A DNA stretch of 64,000 nt from Vicugna vicugna. Taxonomy: Eukaryota. Shown in pieces: positions 52,016-64,000 of the stretch. The DNA is taken from contig MU058531.1 of the NCBI GenBank assembly GCA_013265495.1, positions 2,914,911 through 2,978,910 on the forward strand. The letters are read 5' to 3'. Each line of letters opens with the position of its first letter. The first letter of the stretch is position 1. The notes beneath the pieces are model-generated. The model did no database searches, was not told the DNA's origin, and worked only from the letters and a program-made list of their open reading frames with translations. A program made the translations under genes and the position numbers.

Positions 52016-53319
52016 TCACGTACCAGGTCTCACGTGTCTATCATCCACTGCTTTCGACAACTCCGGGAGCTAGGACCCGTGGGGGCACTTTACAGCTGAT
52101 CGAGGTTCAGAAGAGTTAAAAGCTTGAGCCAGGACTCAAACCCAGTGTCTTCTGAGTCTTAGTCCCTTTCCAACTGCACCTCAGCTGAGATTTCACTTTT
52201 TGCTCTTTCATTCCCTCATCTTTCTTGTCAAGTAAACTCATGCATCTATCTGGGTGAGTGGCTGTGGGGCTGCCCTGGATATTGAGGCCAAAGGGATAGG
52301 GAAAGAGGAATATTTAAGGGAAAGGAGAGAGTTAGCAAAAAATATAGACATAAGGAACAAAGTAAGAGGGGTAGCAAAGGGGATTTAGCAGAAGAGAAAT
52401 GAAGATTCATAATATCTTATTCCAATTCCAGTTTTGCAGAATCCTAGGTATTACCGAACAGCAGTTTTCAAATTGGCACACACACAGACGGTCCATTGTT
52501 AAGATGCTTGCTGAAATACTTCTTTAAGAATGATTTCAGTTGATAACTAAAGTGCTTTTTAGGATGAATATACTTTTTTTTTAGTAGTTTAATTATAGGG
52601 TTTTGTGTAGTGGTAGATACTATTTTAAAATAACTTAATATATAGTATATCTAAATTTTGTGCCTTTAAAAAAGTGCCTGGCAGTGACTAAGTCTACATG
52701 GGGGGTAGGAGGGGATAAAGAATTTCTTAACATTTGGCGCCATTATATTATCATTATTCAAGACAATTGGAGGAGCTAAATATAAAACAGGAATGAATCT
52801 GACCTTCTCCAACTAAGTATTAACATATTTTCTAAAATAAACCTAGAAAAAAATGGAACGCAGAAAAGTGGAATCATTTTAAGCCTTGTGTTCACTTTTA
52901 AGGAAACAATCATTCCTCATCAAAATGTTTGACAGAAAAATGCTCCCCATCCACTCTTCTGTGAGAGCCTTTATTCGTTCATGCACACGTGCATTTATTC
53001 AGCACTTACTGAAAGTCTACCTGGTGCCAGGCACACTGCTAACTACCAAGATGAGTGAGGCACATTTCTTCTCTGCAAGAAGCTCACAGGTAATTGCAGC
53101 ACAATGGAGTGAGTATGATGATAGAGGAGACAGAGGAGACAGCCCTTCCTGGCTGGAGATGAACTCTAATCCAGGAAGAAGCAATAGGTCTACTCTAACA
53201 AAGTGCTGGGCTGTAAAATGATGTTTTTGGTGCCTGTTAAGGAATATTGATAACAGAAAGGAGAAGAGTAAAGGGTACGCCTGTTTCTCCACAATAGTGT
53301 AGGGCAGAGGAGACCCCCA

Positions 53320-53950
53320 TCAATGCATTCATTCAATCATTGAGCAAATATTTATTGACCACCTAATTTGTTCCAGCACTGTGAAGGTAGGTGCTGAGGT
53401 TATATGGTGAGCAAAATCAGACAACTCCTTAAGGAGTTTACAGTGGTTTGAGGGAAAGGGACACCAATTAAAGAATCACTCGCAAATCAATGTGCAATTA
53501 TAATTGCAGTGAAGGCTTTGAAGAAATGCATGGTAAAGAGAGCAAATCCCTTTCTCTGGGAGGCAGGAAAGCCTTCCCTTAGGCAGTAAGGAATGAGCTG
53601 AGATCTGGGAGGCAGGCAAGGAGGTAACAGTGAGGTAACAGCATTGTAGACAGGGGGAACCTCCTGTGCAAAGGCCCTGAGGCAGGAAGGAATCGGCCTG
53701 GTTAAGGAATAAAAGGTGTCTACTGTTGGGGGTGTGAGAGCAGGTTGGGGAAGTCAGTCTAGGCCTGCTAGGCTTGAGAGGGAGGACAAATTGGGAATTT
53801 GGTGCCTTATGCTGAAAACAAAGGCAAGTCAATAAAATGTTTGAAATGTTTGTGTAGGGGAATATGGGACACAATTAGATCTGCATTATTTCAAAGAAAA
53901 AATTTCTGCTGAGGGGAAACTGGATTGGAAGAAGGCAAGAGTTTACTTGG
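53320..53950 (-). mobile_element. L2 LINE fragment
   Basis: cattcattcaatcattgagcaaatatttattga...tgcaaaggccctgaggcaggaa. Confidence 0.75.
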
Positions 53951-53993
53951 TTCTTTTCTTCCTGTATTTAAAGATCATTTATTGTGTGCATAT

Positions 53994-54470
53994 CAGCACT
54001 GTCCAATAGAAACGTGCCTTAAGCCACATTTATATTTTGAATTTTCTAACAGTCACAGTAAAGGAAGTAAAAAACAATAGTAAGACTGATTTTATATGTT
54101 TGTTTTACCCAATATATCTAAAATATTATCATCTCAACATGTAATAATATTAAAAAGCACTATTGAGATATATTCTTTTTTCATACTTAGTCTTTAAAAT
54201 CTGTTGTGTATTTCACACATCTCAATTTGCACACAAAATGTTCATCAGAAATACTTCATCTATATTTAGATTTCATAAAATTTACAGTTGAGAAAATAGT
54301 TTTACATACCCAAGTTGTCCCAAATATAAAAGTTTTTTGATAACTGAATCAACTATCAGTTTATAAATTTAAATTACGTAAAATTAAAAATTCAGTTCCT
54401 CAATTACAGTAGCCATATTTCAAGCACTCAACAGCCATATGTGGCCAGTGCTACCATATTGGACAGAGCA
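53994..54470. mobile_element. hAT-Charlie (MER33/Charlie1-like) relic
   Basis: Terminal inverted repeats gcactgtccaata...tattggacagagc. Confidence 0.75.
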
Positions 54471-55459
54471 GAAGGAGAAAGCTGTATTAGAAAGCATGGC
54501 TGTATCTCTGGTGAGGCCGTGGGCAGTCATTAGCTTCCCTTTGAGAGACATAACCTTTCAAAGGTGATGGGTACATTCATCTGCAACAGCCTCACCATTT
54601 CTTTTTACTAAGCCTAAACGCATTCAGTGGGCTTTTGGTACTGTTTTGGTTTCCCAAGGAGATTTTCCTATGGGGAAGAAGATAAGCTGACCTGTTGAGA
54701 AAAAGATCCAATCTGCTTGGCTCTTACATTTTTCTCTGTTAATGAATAAAGATGAATTTTGGATCCTTGTCCTAGGAGTTCTCCCAGTGAACTGTCAACA
54801 TCACGCTACTATCACCTTGTGGGGCCTTGTGCAAACTACCAACTCCTCACACTTCACGACTGGCCCCACCTATCTGTAAAGAGCAAACGTTGATTTTCAG
54901 GTCTAATAATGACCAATGACAAAATTAAAAGCCAAACAGCATACTGTTTACTCCTCTTCCTCAGGGGTCCCCAGGCACAGGGGGAGCTCCTGCCAAAAGA
55001 GAGGGAGGAGGGGAGCAGATGTGTAACTGGCGTGTCTGGCCCAGCAGGCCCGGGCACCAGGCCCCTGTCTATCAGGTACCACCCCTCTTCACACAATTCT
55101 TCCCACTTCCTTTCTTTTCTACTCCCCATTTGGCTCAAAGATGTGCAGGGAGATCTCTCTCTCTCTTGTCCCTAAGAATCTTTGTAAATTTCTATGGAAA
55201 CTAATTTTGCCTTTGCTTTCAACTCTGGGCATGCACACCTTATCTTTTGCCCCAACTTCCTCCCACCCTAATCCTACCTGATAATTTAACAGATATGAAA
55301 GAGCCCAGTTCTCTTCACTTTTCCATCAGAAATGTGAGCTCCGTGGAAGCAGGGACCAAACATTATCTTCTTGCCTTTTCTTTAATTCTTTAAAATTCTC
55401 TTCATGGTTTCTCATCCATGCCATTTAGTGACATAAGAATTTGTTGCTTTTTATGTAAT

Positions 55460-55640
55460 AATGGCTAACATCAATTGAGCATTTACAAAGCACCAAGCAC
55501 TTTCCATGGATTCTCTCATTTAATTCTCATAAACGCCCTATGAGATAGATATTATCACTTGTATCATTTTACAGATCAGGAAACTGAGGCTCAGAGAGGT
55601 TAAATAGCTGTTTCAAAATCACACAGCTAGTAAGAGGTAA
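55460..55640 (-). mobile_element. MIR SINE
   Basis: cattttacagatcaggaaactgaggctcagagaggttaaa. Many further MIR fragments occur, e.g. ~26150, 27600, 28350, 30430, 32330, 33700, 36930, 37870, 39700, 61000. Confidence 0.8.
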
Positions 55641-56199
55641 TCAGGAGCTAAACCTGTTGAGAGCTTAACCTGTGTGTGACACTGCTGTCCTAGGATATTT
55701 TGCTACTGTATCCTTTTATCTATTGTGTTAAGTCTGGTTAGTTCATGCTTGGTCTGAGAAAGTCAGGGCCTGCCAAACACTTTCGGTGCCTCTCCGTTTT
55801 AGAAAGTCCTCGAGGCTGCTAATCATGACCCGGATTTGACTAATAGATGCCAAGCCAGAGGGAGCAAACGCCTGCCGTACTTCCTCTGAGGTTTATAATC
55901 TCAGCGTTCAACGTGGGCGTGCCTATCAGGTCTTCCACCTGCTGCCCTCCCCATTGCTCCACCCTGATTTTGGCAGCAGAAAGGCTCAACCCAAGGGGAA
56001 GATAGGGAGGCTGTGCCCCCTTGTGGAACCCAGTTCTTCCATTTCTAACAGGGCGAAACTGGTACTCAGACGAGCGAATCATGCTCAGGGACACAGGAGT
56101 TAATCTCAGCTCACAGTCATTGGGTTTATCTCACTCAGCATAGTAATTTGCTTCAGTCGCAAAGCAGATGAACACAAACCTGCTCCTTAAACACCGAGC

Positions 56200-56870
56200 T
56201 TGAGGCCTGCGCCCTCGGAAAAATACAGAAACCCCCCAGAAAACGGTGGTGGACCTGGGGGAAGCCTTCCTGTCCTCCGCCCCACCTCTCGGCGGCTCGA
56301 CCCCGCCCCTCATCCCTCTCCCTGCTTCTGCCGAGTCCTCCGTCCGCGCTCAGGTTCCAGGCCCCGTCCCTCGGGAGCCGCAGCCAATCGGAGAGCCGCG
56401 ACCCCGCCGCGCGTGTCGCCCCTCCTTCGCGCCGGCTGCGCCCCGCCGGCAGTGACGTGCCCCGCCCCGCAGCCGCGGGATTCAAACTCCCGGAAGCGGT
56501 TTCCGCGCCAGAGGGTGTGACTGGGCGGACGCGAGCGCCGCGCCTCTGCTCTGGTGCTGGCTGGCTGCGGGGCGGCGGCCGCAGCCCCAGGGCTCGCGGG
56601 GCACCGCGAGGGAGGCGTGGTCGGCGGGAGACCGCGCCGGTTGGGACTCAATCTCTGCCCGCCGTGCCTGGCCCGCTTCCCTGGTGCTCGCTCCGTGCCC
56701 GACACCTGGCTGGGCGCCCCACGACCGTCGCCGGTTCGATCCCTCCCTTCAGCTTTGCGGTGGGTATTATCGTCCTCTTCCAGGCGGGCGCCGAGAGGCC
56801 GAGTGACCTGGCCGAGGTCTTTCGTTAGTACAGCATATTGCCGGCTAGCAAGCGCTTTCATGTCTGGGCT
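56200..56870 (+). promoter_or_regulatory. CEP55: CEP55 CpG-island promoter and non-coding exon 1 region
   Basis: Dense CpG island ~1.5-2.1 kb upstream of the CEP55 ATG. Contains NF-Y box AGCCAATCG 56382-56390, TGACGTG 56453-56459, GC box 56460-56468, CHR TTCAAA 56481-56486, ETS CCGGAAG 56490-56496 and E2F-like TTTCCGCGCC 56500-56509. Exon 1 boundaries are not resolved. Confidence 0.85.
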
Positions 56871-57353
56871 TCAAACGTCTTCATTTTAAAAAGTGCCCCT
56901 GGTTGCAGTCTTTCTTTGCCTGTCTCTCTTCCCATGTGAGATTTCATGTGCCGGTTTCCGGAAGATTGGCGTCCACTTGCAGACGACGTGGCCTGTGATA
57001 GATGCCTTGTGTCCTTTGCTAGTTATCTTAGTCTTTTATCTTAGAATGAGCGAAAATCCAGCACTAACCTTTTGTTAGATGGCCTATTCAGCTCAGTGTA
57101 CGCAGTTCTGGTATTTTCAGGCTCTCTGAGTTCATGAAGGATGACCTTCCGTAGAGAGTCACTTCCATAGAGAAGCCTTCCCCCCAGCTGTGTCTGAGGA
57201 GGTCTCCCCTGTTTATATTGGTACCCTTTATCATTGTGTTTTTCATTTCCTGGATAGCGTTTATTTTACAACTTGAGAATCTGTATTTGCTTCCTTGTTA
57301 TTGCCTGCCTCCTTTGCTAGGTTAAAGATTCCGTTGTGTAAGAGACAGGGCTC

Positions 57354-57366
57354 TTTTTCTCTTTTT

Positions 57367-57402
<36 letters not shown>

Positions 57403-57429
57403 CTTTCCTTTTTTTTTTTTTTTTTTTTT
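57354..57429. repeat. Long poly(T) tract (T34 and T21 runs) within an L2 relic in CEP55 intron 1
   Basis: Directly visible. Confidence 0.9.
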
Positions 57430-58341
57430 GCCTGTTTCTGCTCCGCACCTATTAAGCTGCCTGGTAAACTAAGCTCACCAATATTTTTTGAATGCACGAG
57501 TAGTCTCATATTCCTCTGGATTCCTTTGTCACATCCCCATTATTTTATCTTCGGGTCCATAGGTGGAAGAATGCTTTCTAACCTCCCTAATTAAAGCTAC
57601 TTTTATTATATGCATAGTACGTTTTGCTTTATATTTTACTCCTAGATTTTATATTATTATACCGTTGCTTCTAAAATGTCATCTAATACTGTTAGCAAAT
57701 CGGCTAGTCTTCTTACTTCTTATTCTTAATTCCTGTCATTCCTGAACTCCATGAATACTGTGTCTTTTTTTCCTATAAATGCTTCATTGGATTCTTCTCA
57801 GTTCTGACCACTGCGTTCCCTCAACTATTAAGAGAGAACTAGGCTTGTCTTCTAAAGTAGAGGACCCACCATTATGCCAGGTAATGACCATATTTCAATG
57901 GCCATATACTCAGAATTATATTATCTACTACTAGCTTTTTATTCCTGGGTAAAATATGTCTTTGTGAACTACTTCTTTTAGGCGTCATTTAATGGTTTAA
58001 TCATTGGTTATGCCTCCATTTTTTTTTTAAACGAAACTTTTCTATTGAAGTGGGACACAGGAACAGAATCCTACACAAACATTAAGTGTACAAATTGACA
58101 TATTGAATACTTCTTATGTATCTACCACCCAAATTAAAAAATATATATTGTTAAACCAGCAAGCTAGAAGCCTTACCCAGTCCATCTCCCATAACCCACT
58201 GGTCTGGCTGTATCACTTCTATTTAGATGGAAAGGTTATTCTACTTAGCAAATAGGTTATTAGACCTTTTCAAACTTGAGATGTGACCTTGTAAACTTAT
58301 AAAATATAACTGTATTTTTATTTTTACAGACACTTGCAAAG

Positions 58342-58524
58342 ATGTCTTCCAGAAGTCCTAAAGATTTAATTAAAAGTAAATGGGGACCAAAGCCTAGTAA
58401 CTCCAAATCAGAAACTGCATTACAGAAATTTAGGGGAGAAATTGCAGCCTTAAAAACAACAGTGGATGAAATCGCAAGTGGAAAAGGAAAGCTGACTGAT
58501 CAAGAAAGACACAGGCTTTTGGAG
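58342..58524 (+). CDS. CEP55: Centrosomal protein 55, first coding exon (MSSRSPKDLIKSKWGPKPSNSKSE...RHRLLE); exon begins at 58330 with 12 nt of 5'UTR
   Basis: The translation matches the CEP55 N-terminus. Acceptor tttttacag| ends at 58329; donor GAG|gtaaaa; 183 coding nt, phase 0. Confidence 0.96.
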
Positions 58525-60323
58525 GTAAAACCCTTTAAACTGTAGTAAGCTTTACCGCAGGAGATAAGAGAGTATTCACCTAATGATGATACAATCTAGT
58601 TTTTTGGTTCACTAAACGTAAAAAATCAAATTGAATCGTTTCAACTTTGGGATTTAGATTTTAATGTGAATGTTTAAAAACTTATTTTATCATATATGTT
58701 GACTGCTTTCCAAGTAATCTTTGTTCTCAGGTTTTTTTCATTACATATATTGGCATTTTGCATTCTGTTAAACAGTATTTCCTAATTTACAATTTGTTAT
58801 GATATAGTCTGTAAGGCAGTTAGGAATTTATTAGAACTGAAAGGATTTAAAAATTTAATCATTAGATTTTAATTTATTTTGCAAAGCTACTTTTATTATT
58901 CATAGTTAGAAAATAAATGACCTGTATTAAATAATAATTTGTTGAATTTCTTTAAATTTTATTTTATAGGCATATCATAAAACCAAGTGACTTATTGTTT
59001 TTTAACATATATTGAGGTGAATGCTTGTTCAAGCATTGAGAAATGGGCTATCACCAATTCTTAGACACAAAGATTGTTTTGTAATCTGGTGAAGGAATCT
59101 AATAGCTTTCCTGAAAGATCTCTTTCAAATTCTTTCCATTTCTCAGGAACATTGTCTGTCAAAACCCATTTATAATCAGTTGTAAATAAACCTCCTGTAA
59201 CTTCTACCCATTCGTTCTAATTGTGTCCATTAAAGCAGAACAAGTCTATTTTTTATCCAACTGACAACTTTTAAGTTATCTGAGGAAATCTCACTTCCTC
59301 CTACTTTTCTGTAGACCAACCCCACATTCTTCAGCTTTACTGGCTTTTTCTCGTCCTGGTCACTTTCCTGAACACTTTATGGTGTGGTCAGATGCCTCTT
59401 GAATTATGCATCCAATATTGTATGCAGTGGCAAACACAGGTTGAAACAGTACTATTATTTCCCCTAACCTGGATGCTGTACTCAGTGAAAGCTTAAAATT
59501 ATACTGGCTTTTTTTTGTAACTATCATACTAATGTCTTATCTTAAGCTTACAGCCAACTAAAATCTCATCATTTTCACAGGACCATCCAACTCAGTTTCC
59601 CTATCTCTATTTGAACAGCTGCTTCTCCCCCCAACCCCCAAATGCAACTTTTTAGTTGTTTTTTTTTTTCCCCTTTATTAGCATGTAAAGCCATTCTGTT
59701 AACTTTTCCTACCGTTTCTTTTGGTGCTTTCTCCCTTATGCCAGCAGTTTAGCAAGCATGCCTTCTTTATCTTTCAAATCCTTGAAAATGTTGAACACTT
59801 CTTTGAAGATCACCTTCTAGATTTGATACCAAATCATTTAATAATAAGAAGCAAGTTTATAAATGCACTTTTACCCAGCTGTAACATTCTGTAATTTTAA
59901 AATTCTGTCGCTTCAAGTTCATCAGTGAGCACGTGTCTCTTGTGTGACTCACTTTTAGCCTGTAAGATTATTAGAACTGGTATGATGGAGGAATGATTAG
60001 TGGATACTCAGGTAAGAGCCAGCTTTTCCTTAGCTTTCTGTCACCACTGTTGACACAGTTGGTTTCTCCTTTCTGTGTCCATGTCCCATTCATTTTATAT
60101 ATGTCTTAACTACAGGACTAACCATATTGCATTAATGTGTTAGTTTACCTGTCTTTGAGCTCTCTGAGCATAAGACCTTGGTTTCATCTTTTTTTGGCCC
60201 TGGTGTCTGGTATAATGCTGACTCAATATGTAATCAACACTTTATAAATGCTTAGTGTAGTATACTGTTTGCTTTCACATTTGACCTGGCTTTGTTCTAA
60301 GATTCTTGTTAGTTTATATCTAG

Positions 60324-60599
60324 AAAATTCGAGTCCTTGAAGCTGAGAGGGAAAAGAATGCTCATTGCCTCACAGAGAAGGACAAAGAAATACAGCGACT
60401 CAGAGACCAGCTGAAAGCTAAATACAGTACTACTACATTGCTTGAACAGCTGGAAGAGAAAACAAAGGAAGGGGAAAGGAGGGAACAGCTGTTAAAATCC
60501 CTGTCTGAAGAGACAGATGTATTGAAAAAACAGTTGTCTGCTACAACCGCTAGGCTTGCTGAACTTGAAGGCAGAGCCAATACACTTCATTTATCACAG
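60324..60599 (+). CDS. CEP55: CEP55 second coding exon (KIRVLEAEREKNAHCLTEKDKEIQRLRDQLK...ANTLHLSQ), coiled coil
   Basis: Acceptor atatctag|, 276 nt open in frame, donor CAG|gtacta; heptad-rich peptide. Confidence 0.96.
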
Positions 60600-61689
60600 G
60601 TACTAATTTCTTTAAACATAGATTTTTTTTTTAACCTTTCTGTTATAGTTTGTAATTCTTATGAAGAATGAGTTTATTGAAGTATCCTTTGTCAGGTGGT
60701 GGAACAGGTAGTATACTAACAGGTTACTTTGTTTTTTTTAATAGCCTGGTACTTCTCCATAAATAAAAATAGGTAATATGGCTCCCTCTACTCCCCACAC
60801 CATTGTTTTGCCCAGGTATGCAGAATCCACTGTGTATCCACAGCTGTCAGGAAGATTTTGTTTAATTCTTTATTCATGAACACAGTAGGCTTCATTTTTT
60901 GATTATTTTTCATAGTTGTGACACCCAATTATATTATTCAAATATGCTTTTCCTAACTACATGTGGCTTTTTCTCCTCCTTTTTTGTTTTAGAGTCACTA
61001 GTGTAGCAGAAAGAGCAAGGATTTGTGGATAGGCAGATATGAGTTTAAATCTTGGTTCTTCCAATTGCTAGCTGTGTAACTGAACAAATTCCTTAACCTC
61101 TCTAGCCTTAGAGACAACACTAGAATTCACCAGACTCCGCTCCTAAACCTTAATTTTCACATGGGTAAAATCTGAATAAGAATTTTGGAGATTAAATGCT
61201 ACAATGTATACACATTACCTAGGATAGTGCCTGACATATAGTAAGTGCTAAATACATGATTTCTCATTGATCATACCTTTGATTCTTTTGGAAGTTTGAA
61301 TAACACTAACACTACAATTATTAATACCACCTATAGAAGAAAATCTATAGCTTTCAGGTATAATATCTCTATATTGTTAGGAGTCTCTCTACGTTATCTC
61401 CCCTTTAGGGTAGTCAGATTGATTAGACCTATAATTTATGTGCATTCTCATAGATAAACGATTGAGTTTTTCTACAAATAAGTTCAAAGAGGTTAAGTTT
61501 TTCTACAGAATTTCCATAGAGCTGAAACTCATGAAACATTACAGTCAAATCCAAAGTGGTTGACTAAATGTTTCCTTAAAACTCAAGGATTAGTTTCTCC
61601 CCTTTTAAAGATAGAAATGTAAATCTTGGTAGAAATGAATAATTTTTAAAAATGCATTCTTGTAGTAATTGTGCGGGAGGCCCACTATT

Positions 61690-62110
61690 AATTTCTGTAT
61701 GATCAGCATGTCTAATTGCTATAACAACCAACCTCCAAATGATTATTTTTCATATGACAAATGATGGTTTTTCTTTCATGTCACAGTCTAGTGCAGGTTG
61801 GAGTGGAGGAAGCTTTGCTCCACAGAGTCATTCAGAGATCCAGTTTCGTTCCTTTTAGTGGAGGAAGGACTATACCCCTGTCCCTCAAGGTGCAGGTCCT
61901 CTACACACAGCTGTGGGCTAGAGAGCATGTGGAGAATTGGGGGAGCGTGGGGGCTAGGCCTGGGATTAGCATAGCTCACTTCTGCTCACATTCCATTGGT
62001 CAGAATTCAGTGTCATGACTTCACTAACCACAGAGAATGCTGGGAAATGTAGTCCACGGTGCACCCAGGGATAAAAGGAAAGGGGTTTCGTGAACTATCT
62101 CTGTCATAGT
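61690..62110 (-). mobile_element. Old MaLR LTR (MLT1K/L-like)
   Basis: cacttctgctcacattccattggtcagaa...ctgggaaatgtagtc. Confidence 0.7.
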
Positions 62111-62798
62111 TTCCACCTAAGAGACTAAATTGAAAGGGAGAAAGGGATACATACTTAGAGTGAGTGTCTAGAGCCCCTTTGGAGAAAAGAAAATATATTT
62201 TGAGCTTCCTTGCCAGGCTTCACACAAGTCTCTTGCCTTATAGCTATTAAAAGCCAGAAATAGAGCTTTTAATGAATTTTGTTGGCTAGCCTGGGTACCT
62301 AACCCCCTACTTCCCCTCTTTTTCCTCTATGAGAAAAAGAAGGAAAAAAGAGGAGACAAATTATGTTTTGAGATCTATACGAACGAATACTAATTAATAC
62401 TATCGGTAATACAAGTTTAAGTCTAGAAAACAACTTTTACCTTTCATCTGACAATTTAATGTTTTCCAAATTTCATTTTAGTAGCCTAGTTTTTTGTTTT
62501 GTCTCCTGATGAAAACCACTGGGCTATTCATATGCATTGAGGACTATTCTGGTGATCCGGGGTCCAGAGGAACCTTACAAGTCAAATTAGATATGAAATC
62601 TCAGGGTTTCCAGTCTGCTTAGAAAGCTTCCAGGATGTCTTCATTCTTCTCTGCTACCTATCATGATAGTTCACCAGCATGAACTAGATCTGATTTGGGG
62701 GTGCCCCTGTGAATATACTGTATTATTATGGAACTGAATAAACTAGGAAACTTCTGTTGTTAAATTTACAATGTTAACTAACATTGATTTACTTACAG

Positions 62799-62867
62799 AC
62801 TGTGGCTGCAAGTTGCTTCAATGCGTCAGTGAGTAGTATTCATGAAATAGAAACACAGCTGAAAGAC
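62799..62867 (+). CDS. CEP55: CEP55 third coding exon (TVAASCFNASVSSIHEIETQLKD), start of the ESCRT/ALIX-binding region
   Basis: Acceptor tttacttacag|, 69 nt, donor GAC|gtaagt, phase 0; resembles the corresponding CEP55 peptide ending QLKD. Confidence 0.93.
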
Positions 62868-64000
62868 GTAAGTTCACTTTTCTTTTATTAAGTTGTAGCT
62901 GAAGAGGACTAATTCATTTATTTTAAAATCTCATGGAAATTGACAACATTAATGCTGTGACTTGAAAAAAATCTTTTGGAGAGACAGAGAAATGAATGGT
63001 TTGATATCATCTCTCTAGATTACCACCTTTAAGTCTCTTTCCAGGAGTTCAAGAAGGCCAGGAAAGCTTACTTCCTCTACGTGTGGTCTCTTTAGGCTAG
63101 AAAGCCCTAGAAATCACTCATTTCTACCAAATACCTCAATAATATCCCTTCTCCACCTAAATCTAATTTGCCCAACTATTTTATTATTTTAATGTTATTT
63201 AATTTGTAGTTTCTTTTCTTTTTGTTTATCCATGCAAGATATACTCTTTAGTTTGACATTATTCCCTTGGAACCACGATTTGCTTTCGTAGTTTGGAAAC
63301 AAAACACATTCTTTGTCTACTCAACATTTCTCTTCTCTAGAATTTGGTAAGAGGTTATTTTAGATATGTCTTAAAGCTGTATTATTTCAGGCTTATGTCT
63401 TCAATGGATTGATGGGTTTCGTTGGAAATTAAATAAATTGAGGACACAAGACTACTATTTACAGTGTATTTTTTTCAAGTTTTAAGATTAGGTAGGCAAA
63501 GTATGAAATTCTTGATTTAATTATTAGGCTAGTATGTAGATATTGTGATTCCAGAAATATTACTGGCATGTCTACCCTGATCTAAGTATGCTCTTAAGAT
63601 TCCTGTTTTGTATCTCATCTAGCAGGTATACCTTGAGGTTTATTTGATCTTCAAAAGGAGAATTTAAATCTGTTGAGTGTCTGTATAGTGGGGTACCAGA
63701 GTCCCCTCATCAAAGTAGTTTATTTAGAGGTAACTAAAATAATGAAGAAACATAATTCTTAAAGAGCTATCAGAATAATTTTTTTGTAGGTCATATATTA
63801 TCCCCAACATCTAGAAAGTTGGAAAGACTTACTAAACGGAATCTTGCAAAGTTTCTCGAATTGTACTAGTGTTATTTTTATGTAAAAATGATTAATACGG
63901 CGTAGAACCTGAGCTTCTCCATTTCCAGTCAGCTTCAGATGCGGCTGCCACTGCCATTGGTCTGAGGCCCACCCTTTAAGAATCATTAACTTAACATTTG

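Noticed and set aside
56131..56889. Several 100-183 aa overlapping ORFs on both strands
   Set aside because: Arg/Gly/Pro/Ala-rich frames expected from stop-codon depletion in a CpG island; no recognisable domain.
8077..60225. Apparent excess of AP-1 heptamers across the window
   Set aside because: About 8 are expected by chance in 64 kb at uniform base composition (2 x 64000/16384), and my by-eye count of roughly a dozen or more is not a reliable enrichment test; only clustered cases were reported.
1..64000. Novel multi-gene system, CRISPR array or prokaryote-style operon
   Set aside because: The window is eukaryotic intron-rich DNA explained by MYOF, CEP55 and interspersed repeats; no regularly spaced repeat-spacer structure is present.

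Overview
Mammalian genomic DNA, most likely from a camelid (inferred from a Vic-1-type tRNA-derived SINE). It covers the head-to-head MYOF/CEP55 locus. The minus strand carries coding exons 1-5 of myoferlin (MYOF; ATG at 46646; 88+56+92+109+88 nt; all GT-AG with consistent phases), encoding the N-terminal C2A domain. The gene runs off the left edge. The plus strand carries the CpG-island cell-cycle promoter (~56.2-56.9 kb) and the first three coding exons of CEP55 (ATG 58342; 183+276+69 nt); that gene runs off the right edge. The rest is intron or intergenic DNA rich in L1, L2, MIR, LTR (MLT1, MLT2, MER21, MER31, two related solo ERV1-type LTRs) and hAT DNA-transposon relics. I found no evidence for a novel multi-gene system, CRISPR array or RNA gene, and nearly all ORFs in the supplied track are spurious. 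The most interesting small-scale observations are: a convergent CTCF motif pair enclosing the MYOF promoter; an in-frame internal 5' splice site in CEP55 exon 4; a MYOF uORF; a possible C2A-only MYOF read-through; compact enhancer-like motif clusters; and several retrotransposition scars. Repeat subfamily names are by-eye recognition, and repeat boundaries are approximate unless a target-site duplication (TSD) is quoted.
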